Assembly (NCBI GenBank): GCA_050950165.1
Contig: JBMNHC010000001.1
Location: 124,673 to 188,672, forward strand
Direction of reading: 5' to 3'
Source: Candidatus Dojkabacteria bacterium
GTDB lineage: Bacteria > Patescibacteriota > Dojkabacteria > SC72
DNA length: 64,000 nt
A program made the translations under genes and the position numbers. Below the pieces are notes generated by a model. The model was not told the origin of the DNA, did no database searches, and worked only from the letters and a program-made list of their open reading frames with translations. This document shows positions 16,802-27,979 of the stretch, piece by piece (position 1 is the stretch's first letter; each line of letters opens with the position of its first letter).

Positions 16802-19753
16802 TTATCTCCCACAACACTTCTTGTACTTCTTGCCACTACCACATGGACAAGGATCATTGCGTCCTACCTTTGTTGCCCTTCTAACAGTCTGTTGCTTACT
16901 AACATTACCAGGCCTACTATCCGAAATACTCTTAACCTCCTCTTTTTCTGTCTGCATAGCATCAACAACAGAAGGATTCTGAACAACCCTAACCTTAAAG
17001 AATCTACCTACAGTATTCTCATCAATACTTCTTAACATACTATCAAACAACCTAAAACCCTCATTCTTGTACTCTACTAAAGGATCTCTCTGTGCAAGAT
17101 TACGAAGAGATATACCCTCTCTTAAATCCTGCATATTATCCAAATGCTCCATCCAATACCTATCAATACCCTGCAGTATGAGAATCTTAGAAAGCTCTCT
17201 CATCGGGAGGAAACCTATGGAGTAAATATGATAAACAAAACAAACTAACACCAATCTCTTTAACTGCTTACCAATCTCAGTAGAACTCTTACCATCTAAA
17301 CTTCTAAAAAACTCTACACTACTCTTAAAACCCAAAGCCTTAACACCCTGCTCAAACAGTTCCTCTGTTAACAAATTCTTCACCTGAATATATAAATTCC
17401 TCTCCTCAACATTATCTATCTCCATATCATCCTCTAACTGAGACATGATGAGCATATCTATATACTCCAAAAGCTTCTTCAAAATTGAAGTATCAAGAGG
17501 ACTTAATTTAAACCTCAAACCATCCAAATACTCAATATGCCAACTCTCTGCCTTAGTCACTGCAAAACCATCCAACATATCCTGCAAACCATCAATATCT
17601 AAATCCAAAACATACTTAATATCATCCTCAAGAGAAATATCCTTACTCTCACTAACCTCCTGTGCAATCTCTAAAACCTTTGTTCTAAGATCGTAGATAA
17701 TATTTCTCTGCTTATTCAACACATCATCATACTCAACAAGCCTTTTACGAATATCATAGTTATGAGACTCTACCTTCTTCTGTGCATTCTCAATAGTTTT
17801 ACCAAGAATACCCATGGATATTGGAATATCATCCTCTAAACCCACCTGAGACATAATCGTTTGCATTCTCTCACCACCAAATAACCTCATAAGCTCATCC
17901 TCAAAAGAAACAAAAAACTTACTCTCACCAGGATCTCCCTGTCTTCCCGCTCTACCTCGTAGTTGATTATCAATCCTTCTTGACTCATGCCTCTCTGAGC
18001 CAATAATGTACAACCCTCCTAACTCTTTAACACCATCCTCCAATGCAATATCTGTTCCTCTTCCTGCCATATTAGTAGCAATCGTCACTGCACCCTTCTT
18101 ACCCGCCTGTGAGACGATCTTAGCCTCTCTCTCGTGATACTTAGCATTAAGTACCTCATGAGCAATACCCTCCTTAGAAAGCATCGCAGAGAGCGCCTCA
18201 GACTTCTCTACAGATGTAGTACCAACTAACACAGGCTGTCCCTTCTTACTCTTCTCCTTAATCTCTTCTACAATTGCTTCAAATTTACCAACCATAGTTC
18301 GGTAAACAACATCATTGTAATCCTTTCTCACAACAGGCTTGTTAGTAGGAACAACGATAGTATCTAAATTATATATTGAAGAAAACTCTTCAGCCTCAGT
18401 AAGAGCCGTACCCGTCATACCAGAAAGATACGAATACAACCTAAAGTAATTCTGCAAAGTAATTGTTGCCATAGTGCGACTCTCACGATTAACCTCCACA
18501 CCCTCCTTAGCTTCAATAGCCTGATGCAAACCCTCACTATACCTTCTACCAGGCAAAGCCCTACCCGTAAACTCATCAACAATTAACACCTCACCATCTC
18601 TTACCATATATTCATCATCTAGTTTGTAAAGCTCTTTAGCCTTAAGTGCATTATCCAAATGATATGCAAGCTGTGCATTCTCATAGATATTCTTAACTTT
18701 CAAAATCTTCTCTACCGCATCTATACCCGCATCATTTAGAGACACAGAATTTGATTTTTCATCCACGGTATAGTGTTTCTCAACCTCCAAAGACTTAACT
18801 AAAGTAGCAAACTGCTTATACATATCATTGGAAGCCTGTGCACTAGTAGAAATTATTAAAGGAGTACGAGCCTCATCAATTAAAATTGAGTCAGCCTCAT
18901 CTACAATTGCAAAATATCTAGGACCCTGAACCCTCTCATCTAAAGAAGCAACCATATTATCCCTAAGATAGTCAAAACCATACTCATTGTTAGTACCATA
19001 TACAACATCACACGCATACGCCTCTTTCTTACTACACTCAATGAGATTAACACCACTCATATGATCATACTTAAGCCTACCAGCTTCTTTTGCTCTAATA
19101 TCTCTCTCTTTAATCAGCTCCTTACCCTCATCTCCCTTAAGCTTTACTACCTCTTCATCAGTAATATATCTGTACTGAATACCAGAGTTAATAGCTGATA
19201 CACTTATTCCCAAACTACCCAAAATATGCCCATTCCACTCAGCATCTCTTCTTGCAAGATAGTCGTTTACAGTCACTAGATGAGCTCCCCTCCCTGTTAA
19301 TGCATAAAGATAAAGGGGCATATTAGCAGCCAATGTCTTACCCTCTCCAGTAAAAAGCTCAGCTATCTTGTTATCAAACAGAACATACCCTGCCATTACC
19401 TGTACATCAAAATGCCTGTGATTCGCAACTCTCCTGGATGCCTCCCTTACTACAGCAAAAGCCTCTGGCAATATCTCTCTTAACACCTTCTTCTCATCAT
19501 CAAGTCTCTTTTTTAATTCCTCCTTACCATATCTATCAAACTCTTCTCTAACAGAATCTAAATCTACATTCAAAATCTTTCTAAAATAGGTACTCTTCTC
19601 TCTTAATTCTTCATCAGATAACTTCTTAATCTCCTCTTCAAAAGAGTTAACTTCATCTACAACAAGCTGAATCTTCTTTATTTGTTTCTCATTAGAGTCA
19701 AAAAGACTCTCAAGTAGCTTAAGCATATCCTCGATTATATCACAGAAATTCAA
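16802..19753 (-). CDS. secA: Preprotein translocase ATPase SecA. The true start is probably the internal Met at 19723 (MLKLLESLF...).
   Basis: DEAD-like motor motifs are present ([32 protein letters not shown]) together with the C-terminal zinc-binding tail [14 protein letters not shown]. Confidence 0.95.
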   Translation of the reverse strand: MNFCDIIEDMLKLLESLFDSNEKQIKKIQLVVDEVNSFEEEIKKLSDEELREKSTYFRKILNVDLDSVREEFDRYGKEELKKRLDDEKKVLREILPEAFAVVREASRRVANHRHFDVQVMAGYVLFDNKIAELFTGEGKTLAANMPLYLYALTGRGAHLVTVNDYLARRDAEWNGHILGSLGISVSAINSGIQYRYITDEEVVKLKGDEGKELIKERDIRAKEAGRLKYDHMSGVNLIECSKKEAYACDVVYGTNNEYGFDYLRDNMVASLDERVQGPRYFAIVDEADSILIDEARTPLIISTSAQASNDMYKQFATLVKSLEVEKHYTVDEKSNSVSLNDAGIDAVEKILKVKNIYENAQLAYHLDNALKAKELYKLDDEYMVRDGEVLIVDEFTGRALPGRRYSEGLHQAIEAKEGVEVNRESRTMATITLQNYFRLYSYLSGMTGTALTEAEEFSSIYNLDTIVVPTNKPVVRKDYNDVVYRTMVGKFEAIVEEIKEKSKKGQPVLVGTTSVEKSEALSAMLSKEGIAHEVLNAKYHEREAKIVSQAGKKGAVTIATNMAGRGTDIALEDGVKELGGLYIIGSERHESRRIDNQLRGRAGRQGDPGESKFFVSFEDELMRLFGGERMQTIMSQVGLEDDIPISMGILGKTIENAQKKVESHNYDIRKRLVEYDDVLNKQRNIIYDLRTKVLEIAQEVSESKDISLEDDIKYVLDLDIDGLQDMLDGFAVTKAESWHIEYLDGLRFKLSPLDTSILKKLLEYIDMLIMSQLEDDMEIDNVEERNLYIQVKNLLTEELFEQGVKALGFKSSVEFFRSLDGKSSTEIGKQLKRLVLVCFVYHIYSIGFLPMRELSKILILQGIDRYWMEHLDNMQDLREGISLRNLAQRDPLVEYKNEGFRLFDSMLRSIDENTVGRFFKVRVVQNPSVVDAMQTEKEEVKSISDSRPGNVSKQQTVRRATKVGRNDPCPCGSGKKYKKCCGR

Positions 19754-19794
19754 CCTTTAAGGATTTATTCATCTTTAATTGAAACAATATATAT

Positions 19795-20295
19795 ATGGAC
19801 GCAATGCCTACATACTACAATCTAGAAGTACACACGCAGTGGCAATCCCCAGTACAAAATTTACCATGCATAGTAATATTCATCGATGAAGAAGAGAGAA
19901 GTCATATAACAGCGCCAACAAAAGACTCTCATATTACATGGATAGCTCCAGATGAAGGAATATATTACAGATATGTATCGTGTCTTGTAGATGAAGCAAG
20001 TGGAAGAAACCAGATTATAAATATAGGGTACTTCCAAGTCCTCTATACTTCCCCACCCCAAGAAGAAACCCCTAAACCACCAGATCCACCTACTAGCACA
20101 GAAGAGAAACCCATCATAAAGAAGAAAAAATCTCTACCTAAAAAAACATATCCTGATACAACCATCTTTAATGAGAAGCCTAACCTAAATACATCTGTAT
20201 TAGGAGTAGAAGAAGACACTACGAAAAGTGCAAAATTGAAATTCTCAAAAAGAAACGGTATGAGGTTATCAACTGGCAGTGTGATATCTCTCTAA
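19795..20295 (+). CDS. Hypothetical protein with a Pro/Lys-rich low-complexity C-terminal half. It may be the N-terminal part of a frameshifted fusion with the M23 peptidase downstream.
   Basis: ORF only; it carries no signal peptide. The downstream reading frame is open from 20184 to 20519 without a start codon. Confidence 0.35.
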   Translation: MDAMPTYYNLEVHTQWQSPVQNLPCIVIFIDEEERSHITAPTKDSHITWIAPDEGIYYRYVSCLVDEASGRNQIINIGYFQVLYTSPPQEETPKPPDPPTSTEEKPIIKKKKSLPKKTYPDTTIFNEKPNLNTSVLGVEEDTTKSAKLKFSKRNGMRLSTGSVISL

Positions 20296-20519
20296 ATATA
20301 TCAGAAGCAACATATACTGACTTTAATAGTTACTCTTCAATTACCATATCAGGTAGGTATAGAGAGAGTATAAAGGCAGAAGTTTCAATATATCAATGTA
20401 CTCCATTTAATCTCTTCAATATTGATACATGGGGTAAATGTAAATTAAAACTAGTAACTAAAATAGAGAAAGACATTACCCCCATATACTCAGGATATAT
20501 TCAAACAAATAACAGAGTT

Positions 20520-21194
20520 TTGGAAAATAGTAACTTCTCTTTTACAAAAAACTCTTTCTTTATCAACTCCTACACCAAAGAGAAACCTCAAAATACAAAC
20601 CTACTTTTAAATATATATCTCTCCTTTAAAAGTAAGGAGTGGATAGACTTAAAATATCTTCTTAAACAGAAAGTAGAATTAAAAAGAGCCACTGCTATAC
20701 AAAAACCATTCTCTTTTCCACTAGATAGACTGATCGGTGTGACACAGTGGTACGGCTGTACCCAGTATCAGTGTCCTCACAAAGGTATAGACTTTGGAGC
20801 TAGACTAAACAAAGTCATCAGCGTAGGAGATGGAATAGTAGTAAAAAATGGATATGACAGATATGGCGGAGAGTGTAATCAAGGAGGAAATTACATCATA
20901 GTGAAACACACCAACAATATGTACTCCACATACTTCCATCTAAACTCTTACAACAAGTCTGTTGGAGATAGCGTAAAGAGAGGAGAGGTATTAGGGATTA
21001 GTGGAAATAGTGGGAAGTGGAACTGTCAAAAACTAGGATACCATTTACACTTTGAGATAAGGAAACAACTAAGTTCTTCCACTCATACTAATCCCACACA
21101 ATACATAGATATAGATTGGAATCTAATTCCCACCTTAGGTAAAGAAAAATATCCAGCAAGGCTTTCAGGAGAAAATCCTCATCCTAATTTTTAA
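20520..21194 (+). CDS. M23 family metallopeptidase (LytM/lysostaphin-like). The start is uncertain: the ORF begins at a TTG, and the upstream frame is open to 20184.
   Basis: M23 motifs are present: HKGIDFGA (HxxxD), GNYIIVKHTNNMYSTYFHL and GYHLHFEI (HxH). Confidence 0.75.
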   Translation: MENSNFSFTKNSFFINSYTKEKPQNTNLLLNIYLSFKSKEWIDLKYLLKQKVELKRATAIQKPFSFPLDRLIGVTQWYGCTQYQCPHKGIDFGARLNKVISVGDGIVVKNGYDRYGGECNQGGNYIIVKHTNNMYSTYFHLNSYNKSVGDSVKRGEVLGISGNSGKWNCQKLGYHLHFEIRKQLSSSTHTNPTQYIDIDWNLIPTLGKEKYPARLSGENPHPNF

Positions 21195-21203
21195 ATATTA
21201 AAA

Positions 21204-21800
21204 ATGTTAAACTTTCTACTCACAACTCTACTATCTCTCTTTGTACAGATAGAGTATGACTTTGTCATATATTCAGACACCATTCCATTAAACATATACT
21301 GGATATCTGAGGATAATATTTTACTTTCATACATAAATAGAGCAGAGATATTTAATCTAGAGAACAGAGATAGAAACTCCCTTAGTAACTGTACAAACTG
21401 TATATATGGATATGAAGGAGAGATACTTAGATGTGAGTATATACACAGAGAGATACAAAGTAGTAAAGAATTTAGTACAACCATATCTGTATATGATTCT
21501 AAAGACAAATTAATCTTCCAAAAAGATCTCTTCCCTACCCTAATACCCACCATATGTAAAAAAGAATATATCATTCTTAAAAATGCATACCCTTTTCTAG
21601 AAGAAAAAACATATATTCTAGACACAAAAACTCAAAATCTCTCTGAACAGAAAATTAAGAAAGCAATACCTAAGATTAAAGGATTGGAGTATAAGAATAT
21701 TTCAATTGGAGAAGGTAGAATTATAATAGAAACAGGAAATAATATTCTAGAAGTTTACAAGCTTACCTCTTTAAACCTAATCTCTCGAACATATCAATAG
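21204..21800 (+). CDS. Hypothetical protein.
   Basis: ORF only; Cys-containing, no recognisable motif. Confidence 0.35.
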   Translation: MLNFLLTTLLSLFVQIEYDFVIYSDTIPLNIYWISEDNILLSYINRAEIFNLENRDRNSLSNCTNCIYGYEGEILRCEYIHREIQSSKEFSTTISVYDSKDKLIFQKDLFPTLIPTICKKEYIILKNAYPFLEEKTYILDTKTQNLSEQKIKKAIPKIKGLEYKNISIGEGRIIIETGNNILEVYKLTSLNLISRTYQ

Positions 21801-24018
21801 AACTCTCTGCATATACCTTTTGACCTTTGTAAATAGGAAGAGAGATTGTAAATCTACTACCCCTATCTAACTCACTCTCTACAGTAATCTCACCACCCAT
21901 TAACCTAACAAGACCGAAGGTTACATAAAGACCTAAACCTGTACCACCAGGTCTAACAATATCACTACTTAAGTAGTTATCTATTCTATAAAACTTCTCT
22001 CCAAGCTTAGGTATATTTTCCTTAGAGATACCCTTACCTGAATCCTCTATGCTAATTATCACACGATCACCTTCAGTAGTAGCAGAGATTGTCACATGAC
22101 CTCTCTCTGTATACTTTACTGCATTACTAACTAAGTTATTCAATATCTCTACAACCCTAACCCTATCTGCATATACATATGGAATATCCTTAGGTACATT
22201 ATTTATCATCCTTAAACCCTTCTCCTTTGCCTCTTGTTCATGACCATGGAATGTAAGCTCCACCTCAGAGTAAACATTAACTTTAGTCTTTCTAATCTCA
22301 ATCCTATCTCCTTCCAACTTAGCAGAAGTAAGTAAAGTATTAATCAGATCTATCTCCGTTTCTACAGAGTGCTTTATCCTATCCAAACATCTCTTAAACT
22401 CCTCAGGATTACTACTAATATATTTCTCTAAAAGCTCTACATTGAGCTTAGCAACAGTAGCAGGAGTCCTTAACTCATGCCCCATGATATCTATCATATC
22501 TGCCTCTTTCCTTCGAGCATCCTCCAATTCAGAAATCTTAACCTGTAACTCCTTAGTCTGTTCATTTACCTTCTCTTGCAAAGACCTATTAAACATCTGT
22601 ACCTCTTGATACAAAATTGCACGACCAATGGACACACTAATACTAGCTGTAATCTTTTCCAAAAGATCTATATCCTCAACAGTAAGTGGATACATATCAC
22701 TCCTATACCCCAAAAGTAAAACCCCATCTAATTGCGTCCTACTATTAAAAGGTATTACTGTAGAAATCTCTGACTTACTTAACTCATCCATTACTTCTAC
22801 CAATCTTCTATCTATACTCTTCCCCTCCAAAATTAAACCTCTTGTTATCTCATCTGACACTATAACCTGATCTAAAGATATATCTTTCCAACCTCTTACA
22901 AGTTGAAGTAAAAAGTCCAAAGAAAACTCTTTAAAATCATCTAAATATTTATACCTTACAGAAAAATCTCTCTTATCAAAAAGCACTATACCAACCTTCT
23001 CTACCATAAATACCTGCTTTATTGTCCTCTTTACATTGATAACAATCCTATCCACAGTCAATTCAATATTGCTAACCTGTGTAAAGTTATTCAATATCTT
23101 CTCTCTACTCTTTTCATCTGGAGAGAATGTATTTAGTAGAAGATTAACTAAAGGTTTGAAGATAAGTTGGTATATTCCTATAGATATACCAACAAAGAGT
23201 ATGGTGTTGATAAAACTATTATTCTGATTCAATACCAACTCCTCGTAAGAATCAATAAAAAGAAGTAATGCTAAAACTACATATACCAAACTAAATAGAA
23301 AGAATAAACCCCTCCTTAATACTATCTTAATAGTCAAAAACCTGTTCTTAAGAATAGAGTAAGCAACAGCTACTGAAAATGGAATTGCAAAGAGAGGACC
23401 ATATACAAAATATTTAGTATCACCTGTTAATAGAGGAATACCGTAATCCACTATTACAAGAGGTACCATCATAAAAAGAGCTCCTAGCATATAGAAGTGA
23501 ACCTGAGCTTTCTCATAACCGATAAAATTTCTACTCTTGTATAAAAAGTACACCGCTATTAGAAAGATACCCAACACATTAGGCAATGTATATACAAAAT
23601 ATCCTGGTCCCATCTGTGCAATAGAGGCAAACTCTTTAGAGAAATATGTTGCAGAGATAACTACACTATCCTCAATCATCAATACATAGAAACTAGGAAC
23701 AAGAGCGATGAGTATAGGTATAGCGTAGAACCAGAAATTCTTCTTCTCTACTTTAGGAAAGTAATATACAAAAATTAATTGTGCAATTAACATACCGTAA
23801 GACGAAAGATAGACTATCTTTAACCACACAGCTGGTTCTAGAAAGATAGGGTTGTTATAAAAGAAAGTAAAGAGAGCCCACAGTGCAATAGAGAATACAC
23901 TAAAAGCATATACTATGTTGTTAGCTCTTTTAGGATTTTTAAGGAAAACAATTAAACCTAACACTATGTTCAGTAATACAATCAACAGTGATATTACTCC
24001 TATTGCATTAATATGCAT
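21763..24018 (-). CDS. Sensor histidine kinase with a polytopic (about 8 TM) N-terminal membrane domain.
   Basis: The HisKA H-box is MGHELRTPATV. HATPase_c motifs are NLVSNAVKYT, DSGKGI and GGTGLGLYV. The first ~280 aa contain multiple hydrophobic helices. Confidence 0.85.
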   Translation of the reverse strand: MHINAIGVISLLIVLLNIVLGLIVFLKNPKRANNIVYAFSVFSIALWALFTFFYNNPIFLEPAVWLKIVYLSSYGMLIAQLIFVYYFPKVEKKNFWFYAIPILIALVPSFYVLMIEDSVVISATYFSKEFASIAQMGPGYFVYTLPNVLGIFLIAVYFLYKSRNFIGYEKAQVHFYMLGALFMMVPLVIVDYGIPLLTGDTKYFVYGPLFAIPFSVAVAYSILKNRFLTIKIVLRRGLFFLFSLVYVVLALLLFIDSYEELVLNQNNSFINTILFVGISIGIYQLIFKPLVNLLLNTFSPDEKSREKILNNFTQVSNIELTVDRIVINVKRTIKQVFMVEKVGIVLFDKRDFSVRYKYLDDFKEFSLDFLLQLVRGWKDISLDQVIVSDEITRGLILEGKSIDRRLVEVMDELSKSEISTVIPFNSRTQLDGVLLLGYRSDMYPLTVEDIDLLEKITASISVSIGRAILYQEVQMFNRSLQEKVNEQTKELQVKISELEDARRKEADMIDIMGHELRTPATVAKLNVELLEKYISSNPEEFKRCLDRIKHSVETEIDLINTLLTSAKLEGDRIEIRKTKVNVYSEVELTFHGHEQEAKEKGLRMINNVPKDIPYVYADRVRVVEILNNLVSNAVKYTERGHVTISATTEGDRVIISIEDSGKGISKENIPKLGEKFYRIDNYLSSDIVRPGGTGLGLYVTFGLVRLMGGEITVESELDRGSRFTISLPIYKGQKVYAESSIDMFERLGLKR

Positions 24019-24037
24019 GTTGGTACAACACCCAAAA

Positions 24038-25441
24038 TTATTTCTTCACAAGTATTCTAGATATTCTCAATACCAAAGGATCCCTCTCCTTACAAAGTCT
24101 CATCATTGTTCCACCATCTACCCTCTCCTTACCATTACTATACATATCATCTCCTACCTGTACCCAACTGTACTTTTCAAACTCAAGAGGTCTTTCTAAT
24201 ATCTCTATCTTTTTTTCTTGAGACTCTAGTGTATCTACAATCACATTGTGATAGTCAAATGGGGTAGTCTCTACTGCTTGGTTTGCTTTAGATAGATCGG
24301 TTGCAGATTTAATTGCCTTCATTACTTCTTTAAACCTAGGTCTGTTCTCGAAGAATAGCTTACCAAGCCAAGTATACATCCTTGCAGCACCATCAGATAT
24401 TACACCGTGAATTAAAATCCCTCCTGTATCCCTATTCACTCTAAAATTATATGTATGAGGATATCCATACGGAGCCTCATACTGACTCCTTCTTGCATAC
24501 TCTTCTCTTAAATCTTTAAACCTAGAATTAATTATCTGTGCCAAATGAAACGATTTAGAAATCTCTACCTTAATATGTGAGTCTAGACCTAATGAACCAA
24601 TATACATACCATCATCACCAACATTCTCTGAGATATTAGAGATTAACTCTCTAGTAAACTCCTGACTAACATACTGCAACCCATTATCCAAAACTAATGC
24701 ATCATATGTAAAATCTAAATCCTTCTCCTCCTCAGATGCCCTTATCGCATCGTCTACTTGTAGTACAATCGCTCTATCTTTTCCATAAAGTTCTCTAGGT
24801 ACCGAACCTTTTACAATATGAATCTCATATCTATCACTTTCAGGAAGTAGTTCATTCCAAACAGCGAAGTTTAAAGCAGCAATAGCTATAGAATCTGCAG
24901 CTATATCAGTAGCTATTAAGTTTGCTGTCACTCCAGACTCATACAATCTAGTAAGCAAACTTTTATCTGCTACTCCTGCACCACAGAAAAAAGATCTAAT
25001 ATTTAATATCTTAGAAGGATTCTTCTCCTTAATACCCTTTAGATGATTAGCAATACTATCTGTATATGTAAGTATCGGCTCTATTGTATCCGTTACCATC
25101 ACTCTTCTTAAAACACCCATTACATAAGGTTCTTCATCAACTCCTACCTTCCACGGATCTATCTGAAACCCAACTTTAGACATCTCTTTCTTAAGCTCTG
25201 TAGACTGAGATGCTATCAATTTGGAAGTTTTAGGAGACATTGTATATGGATAGTTAGGTCCAACATTCTTTCTAAAATCCTCATCCCAAGCTTTATCATA
25301 CTCATAGCACTCCTGTACAAACTGAGGATCAACCTTTATCATAAAGCTAGAATATCCAGATTCAAACTCTTGCTTGTGTAAACTAACTACACCATTCATT
25401 TCACTCTCTTTACCATTTGTATAATAGGACTCATTCTCCAT
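24038..25441 (-). CDS. Hypothetical protein with a possible class-I SAM methyltransferase core.
   Basis: A motif-I-like ILNIRSFFCGAGV, an acidic beta2 end (IATDIAAD) and a motif-IV-like DALVLDNG are present. The assignment is weak. Confidence 0.3.
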   Translation of the reverse strand: MENESYYTNGKESEMNGVVSLHKQEFESGYSSFMIKVDPQFVQECYEYDKAWDEDFRKNVGPNYPYTMSPKTSKLIASQSTELKKEMSKVGFQIDPWKVGVDEEPYVMGVLRRVMVTDTIEPILTYTDSIANHLKGIKEKNPSKILNIRSFFCGAGVADKSLLTRLYESGVTANLIATDIAADSIAIAALNFAVWNELLPESDRYEIHIVKGSVPRELYGKDRAIVLQVDDAIRASEEEKDLDFTYDALVLDNGLQYVSQEFTRELISNISENVGDDGMYIGSLGLDSHIKVEISKSFHLAQIINSRFKDLREEYARRSQYEAPYGYPHTYNFRVNRDTGGILIHGVISDGAARMYTWLGKLFFENRPRFKEVMKAIKSATDLSKANQAVETTPFDYHNVIVDTLESQEKKIEILERPLEFEKYSWVQVGDDMYSNGKERVDGGTMMRLCKERDPLVLRISRILVKK

Positions 25442-25553
25442 TTTAAACTTTCATTAAGATTATTCTCTCTCATTGTACTTTACACAGAGAAACATGTACA
25501 TAGTTATCAATTCACTTCTTCAAAAGATAGGATAATAATGTATACTTTGTAAT

Positions 25554-27014
25554 ATGAAAAAATATCTTCTTCTAATCCCATTTATACTAATAATCATATC
25601 TATCTGTTTACTTGGATTAGAAAAACAATATATGTGGAGTGATGAAGTTTTCTCTTTTCATGCTGCTAAGATGATAATAGAGAAAGGAGAAGCAGTATAT
25701 GATTCTGGGTTAATATATGGAAGAGCACCAATATACCATCACCTATTAGCATACTCTATGAAAATTTTTGGTGTAAACGAGTTCGGTAGTAGAATCCTAA
25801 ACATTCCTTTCTGGTTAGGAACATCTACAGTAATCTTTCTCTTTGTTAAAGAAGCGATAACATTTATAAAAGGAGAGAAAAGATATATGACTGCTCTCTC
25901 TGTTTCACTTTTCTACCTCATCAGTAACTTTGCAATAGCAATGCTAAGAGAAACTAGAATGTATGGAATGAGTACTTTCTTTTTAATACTTGCAACATAC
26001 CTTCTATACAAAGCTATCATTAATCCACAGAAAAGATACAAGATATTTAATATAGAAGTGGATATAAGATATGCAATAGCTTTCTTACCAATAATGTATA
26101 TTGCATACAATACCCAACCTATAAATATATTACTCGGTTTAGGAATAGCAATATACTATCTTCTCTCTGGCTTCCTACATAAGCAGAGATCTAACTTCTT
26201 AATATTTGTATTACTAATACTTGCAGGATTAGGACTTATGTATCTAAGATATGACTCTTTAAATATTGTAAATGTCTTCTCTGAACTTTCACCTGATTGG
26301 GCAAAAAGTGCAAATATACCCTACTATTCATTCTTAACAGTAAGGAATTTACCAATAGTGGTAGTAGCCTTAGTCGCAACACTGTATATCCTCTACAAGA
26401 AAAGAGACAGAACTATACTTCTTTTAACAAGCATAATATTAGGTTTTCTTACATTCCTCTCACTACAACCTGCACAACAAGAAAGATATTGGCAAGCAGT
26501 TATCCCTCTCATTGTAATACTCTCCTTCCTTTCAATATTTCTTGCTACTAAGGAGATAAAAGCGAGTAATTTAAAAAAGGTATTAATAGCTACAACTGTT
26601 CTTTCTCTACTTGTTCATCTTCCCCTATCTATAAAAGAGATAGTTGAGATAGATACATATACAAAGAGTTCACTGTCTATACACAAGAAATTAGAATATA
26701 ACAAACTTTCTTCATATCTAAAAAACAACCTAAAAGACGAAGAGATATTAATTGCTGACTCTCATAGTGCATACACCCTCTATGCTAAAGGCTTTGATGT
26801 TGATTTCCTTCTACTACCAGATGATAGTGTAGATTGGAGATGGGAAGAAAAGGACATCTACTTTAACATACCCCTTATCAATGATGATCAACTGGACTCT
26901 CTACTTGAGCAAGAGAAGGACGGTTTTCTTGTAGTAAGAGATCCAGAAGGATTAAAGAAGATTGAGTATAGCAGAGTACCAACCTTTAACAGACCAACAC
27001 TCTATAGATTCTAA
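25554..27014 (+). CDS. GT-C fold glycosyltransferase (PMT_2/ArnT-like), 486 aa, with 10+ TM helices.
   Basis: The first loop carries a DE motif (MWSDEVFSFHAAKMI), followed by many TM helices and a C-terminal soluble domain. Confidence 0.6.
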   Translation: MKKYLLLIPFILIIISICLLGLEKQYMWSDEVFSFHAAKMIIEKGEAVYDSGLIYGRAPIYHHLLAYSMKIFGVNEFGSRILNIPFWLGTSTVIFLFVKEAITFIKGEKRYMTALSVSLFYLISNFAIAMLRETRMYGMSTFFLILATYLLYKAIINPQKRYKIFNIEVDIRYAIAFLPIMYIAYNTQPINILLGLGIAIYYLLSGFLHKQRSNFLIFVLLILAGLGLMYLRYDSLNIVNVFSELSPDWAKSANIPYYSFLTVRNLPIVVVALVATLYILYKKRDRTILLLTSIILGFLTFLSLQPAQQERYWQAVIPLIVILSFLSIFLATKEIKASNLKKVLIATTVLSLLVHLPLSIKEIVEIDTYTKSSLSIHKKLEYNKLSSYLKNNLKDEEILIADSHSAYTLYAKGFDVDFLLLPDDSVDWRWEEKDIYFNIPLINDDQLDSLLEQEKDGFLVVRDPEGLKKIEYSRVPTFNRPTLYRF

Positions 27015-27979
27015 AATAGGGATAATGATAGAATAGCTCTCTTAATATACTTACCTGTAGATAATAGACCTCCTCCTAAAAATGTATCTATAAAATAGAA
27101 ACCATTTTTTATACTAAATCCATACTCCTTAATAATCTTAATCATTCTCTTTCTAGCATCTTTAAAATCTTTATGAGTAAACGATTGTAAAAAATAGAGA
27201 AAATCTAAATCTTTTTTAGGAAACCTATCATACATATACTCCCTATCTACATCTTCGTGAGAATCTTTTCCATATCTAAGTTTCTGCTTACACAACTTCC
27301 GTACCGTATATGAAAACACTAACTGATCTATAAGGTACTCATCATAAAGAAGATCTTTCTTACTTCTGTATTCAACTAACACATTAGAGAGAAGATGTAC
27401 TAAATAACCATTAGCAACAATCTGTAAATATAAATCATAGTCCTCAGCATGAAGAAACTTCTCTCTATAGAAGAACTCTTTACTATTCCTAAACATTATA
27501 GATGAATGAACTAAAACATTATTCTCTATTAACTTCATAGTAACATCCACAGGTACTCTCTTGCCCCATGATATCCCTATCTTCCTACCTGATTCATCTA
27601 AGATATTTGCTCTTCCTCCAACAAGGTATACTTCTGGATTAGATTCTAAATATTTAACTTCTGTCTCTATCCTATGAGGGAAAGAGATATCATCAGCATC
27701 ATTTACTGCAATATATTTACCCTTACTAGCCTCAATCGCGATATTTCTCGATACACATCTTTCTAATCTTTTCTTGTTAGTAATTACTTTTACTCTATTA
27801 TCTTTCTTAGCAAATTCATCTAATATTACCTTAGTTTTATCCACAGAAGCATCATTAACAATAACTATTTCAATATTTGTGTATGTCTGTCTAAGAAGTG
27901 AATTTAGTGTTTTTCTTAAACTCTTCTCTCCATTTCTTACTGCCATTATTACCGAAACCAAAGGCTTACTACTTCTCAT
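27011..27979 (-). CDS. Glycosyltransferase family 2.
   Basis: GT2 motifs: VSVIMAVRNGEKSLRKTLNSLLRQTY..IEIVIVNDASVDKT and VNDADD. Confidence 0.8.
   Translation of the reverse strand: MRSSKPLVSVIMAVRNGEKSLRKTLNSLLRQTYTNIEIVIVNDASVDKTKVILDEFAKKDNRVKVITNKKRLERCVSRNIAIEASKGKYIAVNDADDISFPHRIETEVKYLESNPEVYLVGGRANILDESGRKIGISWGKRVPVDVTMKLIENNVLVHSSIMFRNSKEFFYREKFLHAEDYDLYLQIVANGYLVHLLSNVLVEYRSKKDLLYDEYLIDQLVFSYTVRKLCKQKLRYGKDSHEDVDREYMYDRFPKKDLDFLYFLQSFTHKDFKDARKRMIKIIKEYGFSIKNGFYFIDTFLGGGLLSTGKYIKRAILSLSLF

Noticed and set aside
21191-21625. 144-aa ORF on the minus strand.
   Set aside because: It lies wholly inside the plus-strand ORF 21204..21800 and has no motif. The plus-strand ORF is itself only hypothetical, but it sits co-directionally and tightly spaced after the M23 gene.
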